Positions 51,540-60,883 are shown, counted from the first letter of the stretch. The stretch: 64,000 nucleotides of DNA from an uncultured Verrucomicrobiae bacterium (GCA_963772365.1 CAVYXA010000001.1:1088001-1152000), one strand, 5' to 3'. Program-made: numbers and translations. Notes: a model not told the origin generated them from the letters alone.

Positions 51540-51874
51540 TGCCAGGCGTAGAGGATTTTGATTCGTTCAAGGAATGTATAAAGACGCAGACTAACCTGGA
51601 CCTTGAAGCGTGGGATGTAATGTTCTTTGAACCGTTGAAGGATTTGGTCGCTTGGTGGAATCGACAGTCCGACGCGACGAAAGCATGGACGGGTTTCCTT
51701 TCTGGCGTCGCAGGCACCGCATTCACGCGTTGGATTGCGCGAGTCGCACAGATAGCGTCCACGGAAGTCGCCGGTCTTTTCGCCGAGGCTCTAGTAGCCG
51801 TGGCCGCAGGCATTGCACTCGGAACGTTCTTTGATGCTGCCGGACGCTGTCTGGCCCAGATTCAGAACGTATAG
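51539..51874 (+). CDS. Small hypothetical protein with hydrophobic Ala/Gly-rich C-terminal hairpin
   Basis: Strong RBS GGAGGT, TGATG overlap, two Cys near the termini. Confidence 0.75.
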   Translation: MPGVEDFDSFKECIKTQTNLDLEAWDVMFFEPLKDLVAWWNRQSDATKAWTGFLSGVAGTAFTRWIARVAQIASTEVAGLFAEALVAVAAGIALGTFFDAAGRCLAQIQNV

Positions 51875-52368
51875 ACAAAACCGAGACCGGCGGCCGTTTC
51901 TGATACATCTGACCCGGCGTTGCGACGAGGCAAGTTGCAACCTCCGCGACGCGGGCATGCAAAGCGAGCCATCACCGTAACTCTGACCGGCGTGGGCAAC
52001 CGAAGTGAGCACGACAGGCCCGAACCCAGTGGCTTGTGGCATCGTGGCGAACAGATCAATCCGGAGAAGTTAAGGTCGTGGACTTCATTAGTTAGAAAGT
52101 CTATGAACCACCGAACCACCAAGCTCACGCTTTTCACTTGGAAGGGCGACTCTTCATGGATGGCTGACGCCCAAATCGGTTACGGAGCGAACAAAGGCCA
52201 TACTGAAGGAACCGCATGCAACTCGAATCTATCAACTTCCGGCTCAATGCTTTTATTCCGAATTCTGCCTGTATAACAGGCCCGCGCTTCAAAGAATCAT
52301 AGGGCGCTTGGAACGTCCGACGGGCATTTTTAAACCAGGAGGCCGAAAGGAAGCCACGAAGAAATTAC

Positions 52369-52426
52369 GGATAGGGAAGATAGGGGTCAGGATAGGAAGA
52401 TAGGGGTCATAGGAAGATAGGGGTCA
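52369..52426 (+). repeat. Tandem repeat, 3 x GGAAGATAGGGGTCA
   Basis: Directly visible; followed by GGCATCAAATCTTGAC and a related GGGGCTC..CTTTGACA motif. Confidence 0.85.
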
Positions 52427-52557
52427 GGCATCAAATCTTGACCGGCGTAAAGCTGCGCCAGCGGTTTGACGGAAAGAATCAGGGGCTCGCATCTATACTT
52501 TGACATTTGATCGATCGGGATCAGCACGGTTACCGAACGCTCCCACGCGATCTAAAT

Positions 52558-53676
52558 TCATTGCACTGCGGCCAATACGGAAGCGGGTTTTTTTAGTGAA
52601 AAAATTTTGCCAACCAGAGTGTTAATCGCCTTTTCGAGAATGATTCCCCAAAGACTGAGCACGGCCAGGACTCCGATTGCAATCAAGAGAAATGCCCAGA
52701 TCGGTACGGCGCGAATCCGGAGTCCGAGCCAGATGACGTACGGCTGATGGATCAGGTAAAGGCCGTAGGAATAAACGCCGACGACTCCGAAAATCTTCGC
52801 CGGCCATTTCATGAGCGTAATGGTCCCTGCGATACCGACGATCACCAGTCCGCAGCAAACGCCGGTGGCTAGATCGACAAACACGTAAGTGAAATTGTCG
52901 TGATAGAGCAAGAGCGCCGCGGGATAAAGAAGAAAGCCGGTAATGAATCCGGGACCGCGAAGAAGGAACGGTTCCACGCGTTGGCTCGACCGTGCATGCC
53001 ACATGGCCAGTGACATTCCCAGCGCAAACTCAGGCAATCGGCAAATAGCGAAACCGCCCAGCACCCAATGCGCGCTCTGCACCCACACCATGAGCAGGAT
53101 GTAGCGCGCGAAGAATCCGAAGCCGCAGGCGATGATCAGGAATTTCCACGGACCGAGCCGGCGCGCGGCCAAAAAGAGGAGAGGAAAAATCAGATAGAGC
53201 TGGATCAACATCGAGAAGTACCACCAGGCGGCGTTTAGGTACATGAAATTGGTGTCGATGTTGATGAAACGCAGTCCGAGCAGGCTCAGGATGATCCGGC
53301 CATCGACCGGTTCGAGCCGCGCCACGAATGGCGACACCAGATAAACCAGATGCGCCACCCAATACATCGGATAAAGCCGGAGAAATCGTGTCCGATACCA
53401 TTCGCCCCAGGCCAGTCCGCCGGAATCGGCTCGGCGCGCCGTCGATTGCATCAGGGTCCATCCGCTCAGGATGATAAAGACACTCACCGCATGGAAGCCG
53501 AGCCCGGAAACATGCAGCCAGCTCGATCGCAGGATCGACATCGCAGCCGCGACGGCATTGCTCCAATCCGGCGGTGGGACTTGGCCGTGCTCGAAGTATG
53601 TTTTTAAAAAATGAAAGTAAGCGACGAACAGAATCGCCAGCCCTTTCGAGATATCGATCCAGACGAGCCGTTTCAT
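52558..53676 (-). CDS. Acyltransferase family 3 (OafA-like membrane O-acyltransferase)
   Basis: WID..KG.AIL.V..FH, V.VF.ILSG, RF.R.YP.YW, WY....Q.YL.FP and SYG.YL.H.P. Confidence 0.92.
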   Translation of the reverse strand: MKRLVWIDISKGLAILFVAYFHFLKTYFEHGQVPPPDWSNAVAAAMSILRSSWLHVSGLGFHAVSVFIILSGWTLMQSTARRADSGGLAWGEWYRTRFLRLYPMYWVAHLVYLVSPFVARLEPVDGRIILSLLGLRFINIDTNFMYLNAAWWYFSMLIQLYLIFPLLFLAARRLGPWKFLIIACGFGFFARYILLMVWVQSAHWVLGGFAICRLPEFALGMSLAMWHARSSQRVEPFLLRGPGFITGFLLYPAALLLYHDNFTYVFVDLATGVCCGLVIVGIAGTITLMKWPAKIFGVVGVYSYGLYLIHQPYVIWLGLRIRAVPIWAFLLIAIGVLAVLSLWGIILEKAINTLVGKIFSLKKPASVLAAVQ

Positions 53677-53734
53677 TTCGATGGGCTTACCAGCGCAGAG
53701 CGGCTTCGGTCAAGACGTGCGGAAGCAGGAGGAA

Positions 53735-53787
53735 GAGTGACGAGTGACGAGTGACGGGTGACGGGCTGACGAGTTACGGGTGATGAG
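53735..53787 (+). repeat. Heptameric tandem repeat (GAGTGAC)n, degenerate
   Basis: gagtgac x3, gggtgac, gggctgac, gagttac, gggtgat. Confidence 0.8.
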
Positions 53788-53900
53788 CCAAGGAGAATGG
53801 CGAACGAAAACTGGAGACAGATGACGGAGGACGGAATGAAAGAGGCCGAAGGACAAAAAACTAAAGCTTCCGAGCTCTTCTCCGACGATATTCATTTGGA

Positions 53901-54053
53901 ATGAATTGGATTCTACTTGGGGTCGGGATCGCGCTGTTTGTGATGTGGTTTGTTTTCCACATTTTCTTCGCGGTTTCCGTCGGGGTTTTGAATCTGCTTT
54001 GGATGCTCGCCATTCTGATGGCCGTGCTTTGGGCCGTGCAATGGACTATTTGA
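53901..54053 (+). CDS. 50-aa two-helix membrane microprotein (not in the ORF track)
   Basis: Manual translation MNWILLGVGIALFVMWFVFHIFFAVSVGVLNLLWMLAILMAVLWAVQWTI*. Confidence 0.6.
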   Translation: MNWILLGVGIALFVMWFVFHIFFAVSVGVLNLLWMLAILMAVLWAVQWTI

Positions 54054-54301
54054 TTTTCTCGCACCCGGCAGCGCGGACGAGCAGTGACCAGCCTTCACCA
54101 CGTTATGGCTCGGCATGCGAGAGGGCGGCTAAGCGCCGATTGAAACACGAAGTCATGGCGTGAGCAAACGCCCGCGGTGTTCACACCAGCTGAACAACCC
54201 TCTTTGGCTCGCCCGGAGCTAAAAACTCTCAACCGTTTAGTCTTTCGTCTCCTGCTTTCCTCGTCCATTATCGATTAGCCGGGGACGAATAAGCCCAACC
54301 A

Positions 54302-56092
54302 ATGAATCAGAAGTTCTCTGCGATTGTAGCATTTTGGGGCTTGTTCTGCCTTAGCGCTGTGCCCTTGTTCGCAAATGGAAGATCGAGCGCGGGTGATCTC
54401 GTTTCTGGCCCGGACATAATCGTGGGAGAGGTCACAGCCGTGAGCCAACGGGGAAGCAGCGGGACCCAGGTCGGTCTGGCGATCGGCATCGCGGCGTGCA
54501 ACAACGGAACCGCAGACTTGGATTTCTTTCACTTGCCGAATCCGGATCACCCCGTGTTGGCGCAGAATCTTTATCGAATGAGCGGAGGCGGGACTAACGA
54601 CGAGCGGTTCGAGCAAGTGGGCCAGTCCTGGCTGAAGCACATGTATTTTGCGCTCGAGCAAAACGGGTGCGGCTTTGGTTGTTCGCCATACGGCGACGGG
54701 ACCCGCTTGGGACCAGGCTGCTCCGATCCCGAAAGTGCGGCTTCGAATGGTGATCAAAACAATCTGGGATCGCGGGCTTGGGTGAATCCGTTTACCGGAG
54801 TTTTTCCCGCAAATCCGAATCCGGACAATCACGCAGGCCATACCCACACCGGCGTTACCCACCGCGTGTTAGTGGAAGACAACGATCTCGAGCCGGCGCT
54901 TAACGAGGGCGCGACTTATTATGCCGAGGCTCAATGCATCACTCCGCACGAGTATGCCTGGTGTCAGACGCATCCCGGGCAGTGCAATATGTTTAATAAT
55001 GTGTCCTATCGCCAGTTCAACGTGACCGGGACAACGAACTACGTTTTCGCGGCGATTGGATCGACGGTGCGGAGCACGGCGGCGATCACGGCCTGGACCG
55101 GCGCGACGATCAACGCGATCGAACCGGCGCCTGGAATCGATGGCCGGACGTTGATTGGCTACAAGGTGACGAACCCATCTGCCGGCGTTTGGCATTATGA
55201 GTACGCGATTTATAACGAGAATCTCGATCGCGCGATTCAATCGTTCCGTGTGCCCATGGGATGCGGCATCACGATCAGCAACATTGTTTTTCACGCGCCC
55301 TTGAATCATCCCGGGATTGCCAACGACGGAACCGTGGGTGACGCAGGATTCAGCAACGTGCCATGGACCTCGAATCAGACCGCGGATGCGCTGACTTGGA
55401 ACACGGAGACGTTTGCCCAAAATCAGAACGCGAACGCGATCCGGTTTGGCACCCTGTATAATTTCCGATTCGACGCCGATCGCCCGCCGCACGCGGCCAA
55501 TGCGACGATCGGCTTCTTCAAAACGGGCAGCCCGATCACCGTCGCAATTGCCGCGCCTACGCCGGATACATGCGTGCCATTGCAGTTGCTGTCGGCGGTT
55601 TCGCGCAAGACGCACGGAGCCGCGGGCGATTTCGATGTCGATCTACCGCTCACCGGTGAACCCGGCGTGGAATGCCGGAACGGCGGCGGCGATTACACCA
55701 TGGTGGTCATGTTCAATAACATGGTGGTCAGCGGGAACGCGACCGTGACCAGCGGCACGGGCAACGTGGCGGGTAGTCCCGGCTTCAGTGGCAACACAAT
55801 GACAGTGGAGTTAACCGGAGTCACCGACGAGCAGAGAATCGCGGTCACTTTGACTGGAGTGACGGACAATTCCGCGCAGGTCCTGCCCGATACGCCGATC
55901 AGCATGAATATGCTTATCGGCGATACTAATGGGAACAAAGCCGTAAACGCCTCCGATGTTGCTCAAACCAAGGCACGATTAGGATCGGTGGCCAGCGCCG
56001 TCACCTTCCGCGCGGACGTTAATGTTAGTGGCACGATCACCGCGTCGGATCTTGCCCAGGTAAAGGCGAGCTTGGGACATGCGGTTCCATGA
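54302..56092 (+). CDS. Secreted Cys/His-rich protein with C-terminal Ig-like and dockerin-like domains
   Basis: Signal peptide; SAVSRKTHG..G.FD..LP..G..GVECR; duplicated EF-hand-like GDTNGN.AVNASD / ADVNVSG.ITASD. Confidence 0.8.
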   Translation: MNQKFSAIVAFWGLFCLSAVPLFANGRSSAGDLVSGPDIIVGEVTAVSQRGSSGTQVGLAIGIAACNNGTADLDFFHLPNPDHPVLAQNLYRMSGGGTNDERFEQVGQSWLKHMYFALEQNGCGFGCSPYGDGTRLGPGCSDPESAASNGDQNNLGSRAWVNPFTGVFPANPNPDNHAGHTHTGVTHRVLVEDNDLEPALNEGATYYAEAQCITPHEYAWCQTHPGQCNMFNNVSYRQFNVTGTTNYVFAAIGSTVRSTAAITAWTGATINAIEPAPGIDGRTLIGYKVTNPSAGVWHYEYAIYNENLDRAIQSFRVPMGCGITISNIVFHAPLNHPGIANDGTVGDAGFSNVPWTSNQTADALTWNTETFAQNQNANAIRFGTLYNFRFDADRPPHAANATIGFFKTGSPITVAIAAPTPDTCVPLQLLSAVSRKTHGAAGDFDVDLPLTGEPGVECRNGGGDYTMVVMFNNMVVSGNATVTSGTGNVAGSPGFSGNTMTVELTGVTDEQRIAVTLTGVTDNSAQVLPDTPISMNMLIGDTNGNKAVNASDVAQTKARLGSVASAVTFRADVNVSGTITASDLAQVKASLGHAVP

Positions 56093-56263
56093 CTAGGGAC
56101 GAGTGATATTGACCATGGTGGGTCGAGCAGTCCTTTGCTCGATGCTATCAATTGCGGCCAGCGGCCGTCTGACATTTTAGCATCGACCGACCCGTTCGAC
56201 TTCGCTCAAGGCAGGCTGAACGGAAGAAGCGGCTTCACGCCGAACGAAAGACGAAGATAGAAC

Positions 56264-57583
56264 GTGGACAGACCCGCCCGCGAATCACACTGGCTGAACA
56301 ACCGGCTTTGGCGGCTCGCTATCGACGAATGGATCGCGCTGACAATTTTGTTCCTGGCCATAGTCCTGATTTTCTGTCTCTTCTTCATTCGCCGGCATTC
56401 ACTCCCTTATCATTTCGAACACACGTTTGGGGTAAGCGACCCGGAATTCATTGGCTCGGCTCTCGGACTGGCCGATCCCGTCCTGATATCAGGCAACAAG
56501 ATCGATTTGCTGCAAAATGGAGACGAATATTTTCCAGCGATGCTGAAAGCGATCAGCAGCGCGAGGGCGACGATCAACTTCGAATCCTACATTCTCTATT
56601 CTGACCCAATCGGCGAACAGTTTCGTGATGCCCTGTGCGAACGGGCACGGGCCGGTACGGAAGTGCGGGTAATTCTCGATGGCATCGGGTCCGGATGGCG
56701 ACTGAACAATTCGGATGTAAAAATGATGCGTGAAGCCGGGTGCAAGTTTGCCTATTATCACCCGACGCATTCCTGGCGAGTCGATCGCACCAATCGGCGT
56801 TCGCACCGCCGTATTCTCGTTGTCGATGGTAAAATTGGGTTCACCGGTTCTGCCGGATTCGCCGAGAACTGGTCCGGTCATGCCCAGGATAAGGACCATT
56901 GGCGGGATGTGCAGGTGCGGATCGAAGGACCGCTGGTCGAGAAATTACAAGCGGTGTTTCAAGAACATTGGGTGAAAACTTTCGGCGAAGCGCTTAGCGG
57001 CGCGGGGCAGTTTCCTCCGCTTAATTCGGCGGGCGACTTGAAAGCGCAACTGGTGGCGTCCCATTCTTTTTCGGTCGCACCGGTGCCGCTTCTCCAAGCC
57101 GTCGCTTTCACAGCCGCAACGAGGCGGATCTGGATTACGAACGCCTATTGCACGCCGACCAGCGACCAGGTCGAACAACTCACCAAAGCAGTAAAGCGAC
57201 ATGTCGATGTTCGCCTGCTTTTGCCCGGACCGAACAACGACCAACCACTCACGAAATCAGCCGGGCGCGGTGCCTACGGCAAAATGCTGGCGGGTGGAGT
57301 GAAAATTTTCGAGTACCAGCCAACCATGCTCCATGAGAAATCGATGGTGATCGACGGTTTATTTTCCATGCTCGGCTCATCCAATCTCGATGCGCGTTCG
57401 TCGGAAATTAACGAGGAGCTCGATGTGGTCGTTTACGATCAGAACTTCGGGCAAAAGATGGAATCGGTCTTCCAAAAAGACCTGGCCCGTGCGCGGCCAT
57501 ACACGCTGGAGGATTTCAAAAAGCGTTCGCTCTGGGAGCGTGTCTCGGAATGGCTCGCGGCACCACTGCGTTCGCAGTTTTAA
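56264..57583 (+). CDS. cls: Cardiolipin synthase-like phospholipase D
   Basis: LLQNGDE.FP.ML, HRRILVVDG (variant), WRD, HEKSMVIDG and GSSNLD.RS..N.E. Confidence 0.88.
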   Translation: MDRPARESHWLNNRLWRLAIDEWIALTILFLAIVLIFCLFFIRRHSLPYHFEHTFGVSDPEFIGSALGLADPVLISGNKIDLLQNGDEYFPAMLKAISSARATINFESYILYSDPIGEQFRDALCERARAGTEVRVILDGIGSGWRLNNSDVKMMREAGCKFAYYHPTHSWRVDRTNRRSHRRILVVDGKIGFTGSAGFAENWSGHAQDKDHWRDVQVRIEGPLVEKLQAVFQEHWVKTFGEALSGAGQFPPLNSAGDLKAQLVASHSFSVAPVPLLQAVAFTAATRRIWITNAYCTPTSDQVEQLTKAVKRHVDVRLLLPGPNNDQPLTKSAGRGAYGKMLAGGVKIFEYQPTMLHEKSMVIDGLFSMLGSSNLDARSSEINEELDVVVYDQNFGQKMESVFQKDLARARPYTLEDFKKRSLWERVSEWLAAPLRSQF

Positions 57584-57593
57584 AAAAAATTGA

Positions 57594-57829
57594 CGGCGTT
57601 GATAGGGTGAAATTCTGAGGCTAATATTTCGTTCCGTCGCCAGATAGCCAAACGAAACCAACGAGTCTAATAATGATTAAGTAGCGACAATGTAGTTTCA
57701 CCTTAAGGAAAGGTTTGCTCGATTTTGCGATTCTTGTCGAGCGTTACGGTCAGCGGCTATCATTCGTTTGCAGTTCGTTTCCAGGCCAGCATCATGCCGT
57801 CGCGCACGGTCAGGCAAATGTTCTCAACG
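57594..57829 (+). repeat. Duplicated segment, copy A (matches 58867-58924 joined to 59507-59683)
   Basis: High nucleotide identity by visual alignment. Confidence 0.9.
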
Positions 57830-58407
57830 CGAGGATCGGATTGCACGAGGTTGTCGAAAGCAACGATGCTCCGGGTGTCAATATCTGAGGGAGCGATGAC
57901 TTTGCCGCTCCACAAAACATTGTCCCCCACAATCAAGCCGCCGGGTTTCACCAGGGGAAAACAAACTTCGTAATAATTTGAATAGTTGCCCTTGTCGGCA
58001 TCAATAAAGATCAACTCCAGCGGACCGGACAATGTCTTGATCGTGTTCATAGCCGGTCCCATGCGGATGTCGATCTTGTGCCCATGCGGACTCTCCGCGA
58101 AATATTTTCGCGCGATCGCTTCCGCTTTCGGATCGACTTCGCACGTGATGAGACGGCCGTCATTCGGCAGGGCTTCGGCCATCATTAGCGTGCTGTAACC
58201 GGTGAACATTCCGATCTCCAAAATATTTCGAGCGCCGATCAGTCGGACCAGCATTTGCAGGAAACGTCCTTCTATCAGGCCAACCTGCATCTCGGGCGAT
58301 TGCATTGTGCGATACGTCTCCTCGCGGAGCCGGGCATATAAATCCGTCTCAGGCTCTGTGTGATCCTGGGCGAACTGCTCGACTGCGGTATCAATGAAGC
58401 GAATCAT
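57760..58407 (-). CDS. Class I SAM-dependent O-methyltransferase (CCoAOMT/COMT-like)
   Basis: LEIGMFTGYS, FIDADK.NY, DNVLWSG and RDG motifs. Confidence 0.93.
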   Translation of the reverse strand: MIRFIDTAVEQFAQDHTEPETDLYARLREETYRTMQSPEMQVGLIEGRFLQMLVRLIGARNILEIGMFTGYSTLMMAEALPNDGRLITCEVDPKAEAIARKYFAESPHGHKIDIRMGPAMNTIKTLSGPLELIFIDADKGNYSNYYEVCFPLVKPGGLIVGDNVLWSGKVIAPSDIDTRSIVAFDNLVQSDPRVENICLTVRDGMMLAWKRTANE

Positions 58408-58943
58408 GAAAAACGGCGGCCATTTGAATGTGTTACGCCGCCATTCGTGAAGTCTCGGTACGCTGATTTTGTTTGCCGGCCATGACAACCCTTTTGAATC
58501 GCTCACAACTAATGTGGGAAACAACCTCGGGAAGGCAACTGGCCAAAACCGAGTTGCTAGTTAGCGGACGCTGAGGGGTAGAAGGATCGAAACGTGAAAT
58601 GCTTACGGCCGGATCCAGTCTGAAATACGAAATCCGACAAAACGGGGGAGCGTTGTTATGATCGAACCAACCATAACTCAAAACGGGGCGCTCTATCTTG
58701 CGCAACACAAGGTTCCAACCAGACGTGGCGGAAGATGGCGGTCTTTTGGAAAGCCGGTACGTAGCCAAAACGTCCTTCAAATCCCGCCTTCGAGCATACT
58801 CTTTCTTTACCCGCGCTTGCCGCATCTACACAGCCGCTGACCAGATTTTATCTGATCAGGAAAACGCGGCGTTGATGGGGTGAAATTTTGAGGCGAATAT
58901 TTCGTTCCGTCGCCAGATAGCCAACGCAAACCCGCAGGGCGTT

Positions 58944-59555
58944 TCAGCTCTTATCCTTGAATTTGTCGGTTTTGATGACGCGCGGTTTGCCGTTCGCATC
59001 AAATTCGATCGTGAATAGGTAAGTCGCTTTGATATCTGCTGATTTCGTGCCGGACCAGAACGCTTCCGCGTAAAGAACGGCAGTGCGCGAATCGATCCAG
59101 TTGCGAACTCTCAGAAGGTCGTGGTCCGCTTCCTCCTGACGATTCCGAAGGTTCTTCGGGAGTTTGTTCCCGCCGAGTTGAACCAGTTGGGCAATGTGTG
59201 GATCCGGCAATAGCTCGGGCATCTCAGTCCATTTACCGTCATGGAGCTCGAAAAACGTGACAGTCTCAAAAACGGTATGCGGCGCGTGCGGTGGCGAGTA
59301 ATTGAATGCGAACCGTTGGGAGTCCGGCGACCAAACGACGCTCGCGTTCTGGCAATAGGGAACATCGACAGCGTTCGACAGGTCGAGCGTCATCTTGCCG
59401 GCGGCGGTGCTGACGATCGATGACCACAGCCCATCTTCGCATTTGTATTCCCAATGTTTGTCCGGCGAAATCGGATCCGCCCGTATTGTGCTCACGATGA
59501 ACAGCGCGAAACCAACGAGTCCAATAACGATTAAGTAGCGACAATGTAGTTTCAC
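58944..59555 (-). CDS. Secreted hypothetical protein
   Basis: Signal peptide; ISPD and WSPDSQRFAF propeller-like motifs. Confidence 0.75.
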   Translation of the reverse strand: MKLHCRYLIVIGLVGFALFIVSTIRADPISPDKHWEYKCEDGLWSSIVSTAAGKMTLDLSNAVDVPYCQNASVVWSPDSQRFAFNYSPPHAPHTVFETVTFFELHDGKWTEMPELLPDPHIAQLVQLGGNKLPKNLRNRQEEADHDLLRVRNWIDSRTAVLYAEAFWSGTKSADIKATYLFTIEFDANGKPRVIKTDKFKDKS

Positions 59556-59613
59556 CTTAAGGAAAGGTTTGCTCGATTTTGCGATTCTTGTCGAGCGTTA
59601 CGGTCAGCGGCCA

Positions 59614-59683
59614 TCATTCGTTTGCAGTTCGTTTCCAAGCCAGCATCATGCCGTCGCGCAAGGTCAGGCAGATGTTCTCGACG
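59614..59683 (-). pseudogene. 3' remnant of a duplicated O-methyltransferase
   Basis: Near-identical to the last ~23 codons of the 57760-58407 gene. Confidence 0.8.
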
Positions 59684-59778
59684 AGCGGGACGGACGCGTT
59701 CGGCCAAACGGCTATCGGGCCGTTAGGCGAAGAAATCGAGGATGCGTTTGGGAAACTGTCAGCTTCCCCTTACAGCGA

Positions 59779-60236
59779 CTACAGCGATGCCAGGAATGTA
59801 TCCAGGACGCGAAAAGTGTAATCGTGTCCTTCGGCCCAATCGCTTTGGCGCGGCCCGGCGACATTGAGATTGTCGATCTTGTACTCGCGGACGGAATCGC
59901 GAGTCAAAGCCGCCGCGGCGTCGATCGAATGCGCAGATGCTTCAATCAATTGAGATGGTTTTTTTAACTCCGTGCAAAATTGAAAGGTTTGTTCCGTGCC
60001 TCCGGTGAGTTGATCGCGATAGAAAAGGATCGTGCCATCGGAATCTTTCACATTTTGCAGAGTCCGTTTCCAGTAGCCGCCGTATTCCAACTCCTTCACC
60101 GGATATCGATCGGGGATTCGCCCAAACTCATCGAGACGGCGGCCGGACACCAACCGCCGCAATCAATCCCATGCTTGAGCGCGGCATCGAACGCGGCGCG
60201 ATCGACGCCGGTTTGCCCGCCGGAAATGATTTTCAT
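59779..60236 (-). CDS. Putative molybdenum-cofactor carrier / SLOG-family protein; 1-nt deletion frameshift near 60141
   Basis: Manual translation [32 protein letters not shown], then GRIP.RY...RT.QNV.DSDGT and LNVAGPR.S. Confidence 0.85.
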
Positions 60237-60322
60237 GGTGGAACGCGATCTCCGAGCGCGTTGGTTATTTTGCTATCGTCTTTTCGCCACGGCGAATCTT
60301 CGACCGGAGAAGCCGATCCACC
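60237..60322. repeat. GTGG-type REP-like doublet (degenerate)
   Basis: GGTGGAACGCGATCTCCGAGCGCGTT...CGGAGAAGCCGATCCACC. Confidence 0.55.
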
Positions 60323-60374
60323 TGATGTCAAACGCGATTTTCGAAATCGCCGTGCGCTAAAGGTGAGAAATGTT

Positions 60375-60773
60375 TCAACCAGGGACCTGTTTAACGAACA
60401 ACGGGATCGACGCTTCGTGGCGATCGTCGATTGCCAGATCGATCGAATACTCGCCGAACTTCGGCAGCTTCAATTGGTGGATCACCAGAACCAGACTGGA
60501 AGTGATGCTCGATTCGCCCGGCGGAAATTGAATCTGCGTGTTCGCATCCAGCGTGGGCATGATCGCTTTGCCGTCCGAATCGACAAAGGAAATCCGGATC
60601 CGTTTCTGCCCTTCCTCGATTTTGTCATAGCGCAATTTGATGGCCAGGGCGCATTGCGGATGGGTCACGGGCGCTTCCTTGGCTCCGAGACGATCGAACG
60701 AGCCGAGAATGTTGAGTTTGCCACCGGCATCGGTGGTGGCGGCATCGCACAAGGTAAAAATTTCAACTTTCAT
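60375..60773 (-). CDS. Conserved hypothetical protein (DUF6941-like)
   Basis: LCDAA....GKLNILG.FD and G.YSI patterns. Confidence 0.75.
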   Translation of the reverse strand: MKVEIFTLCDAATTDAGGKLNILGSFDRLGAKEAPVTHPQCALAIKLRYDKIEEGQKRIRISFVDSDGKAIMPTLDANTQIQFPPGESSITSSLVLVIHQLKLPKFGEYSIDLAIDDRHEASIPLFVKQVPG

Positions 60774-60799
60774 TGATTGATCACAACCTATCTCACAAA

Positions 60800-60883
60800 T
60801 GTCATTCTGAGCGAAGCGAAGAATCTCTGATCATTTTTCCGCAGAGGAATAGAATGAGATGTTTCGCTACGCTCAACATGACA
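60800..60883. repeat. GTCA-type REP-like doublet
   Basis: TGTCATTCTGAGCGAAGCGAAGAATCTC...GAGATGTTTCGCTACGCTCAACATGACA. Confidence 0.88.

Noticed and set aside
51862..52276. ORFs in the distal part of the islet
   Set aside because: No RBS or motifs; cannot be distinguished from decayed or non-coding sequence
52369..52426. Possible CRISPR array
   Set aside because: Units are adjacent with no unique spacers, and no cas genes are present in the window
58433..58883. Short ORFs between the duplicated segments
   Set aside because: Conflicting frames and no recognisable family; possibly a relic but unsupported
60171..60776. 201-aa plus-strand ORF
   Set aside because: Antisense to the DUF6941-like gene and runs through a REP-like element
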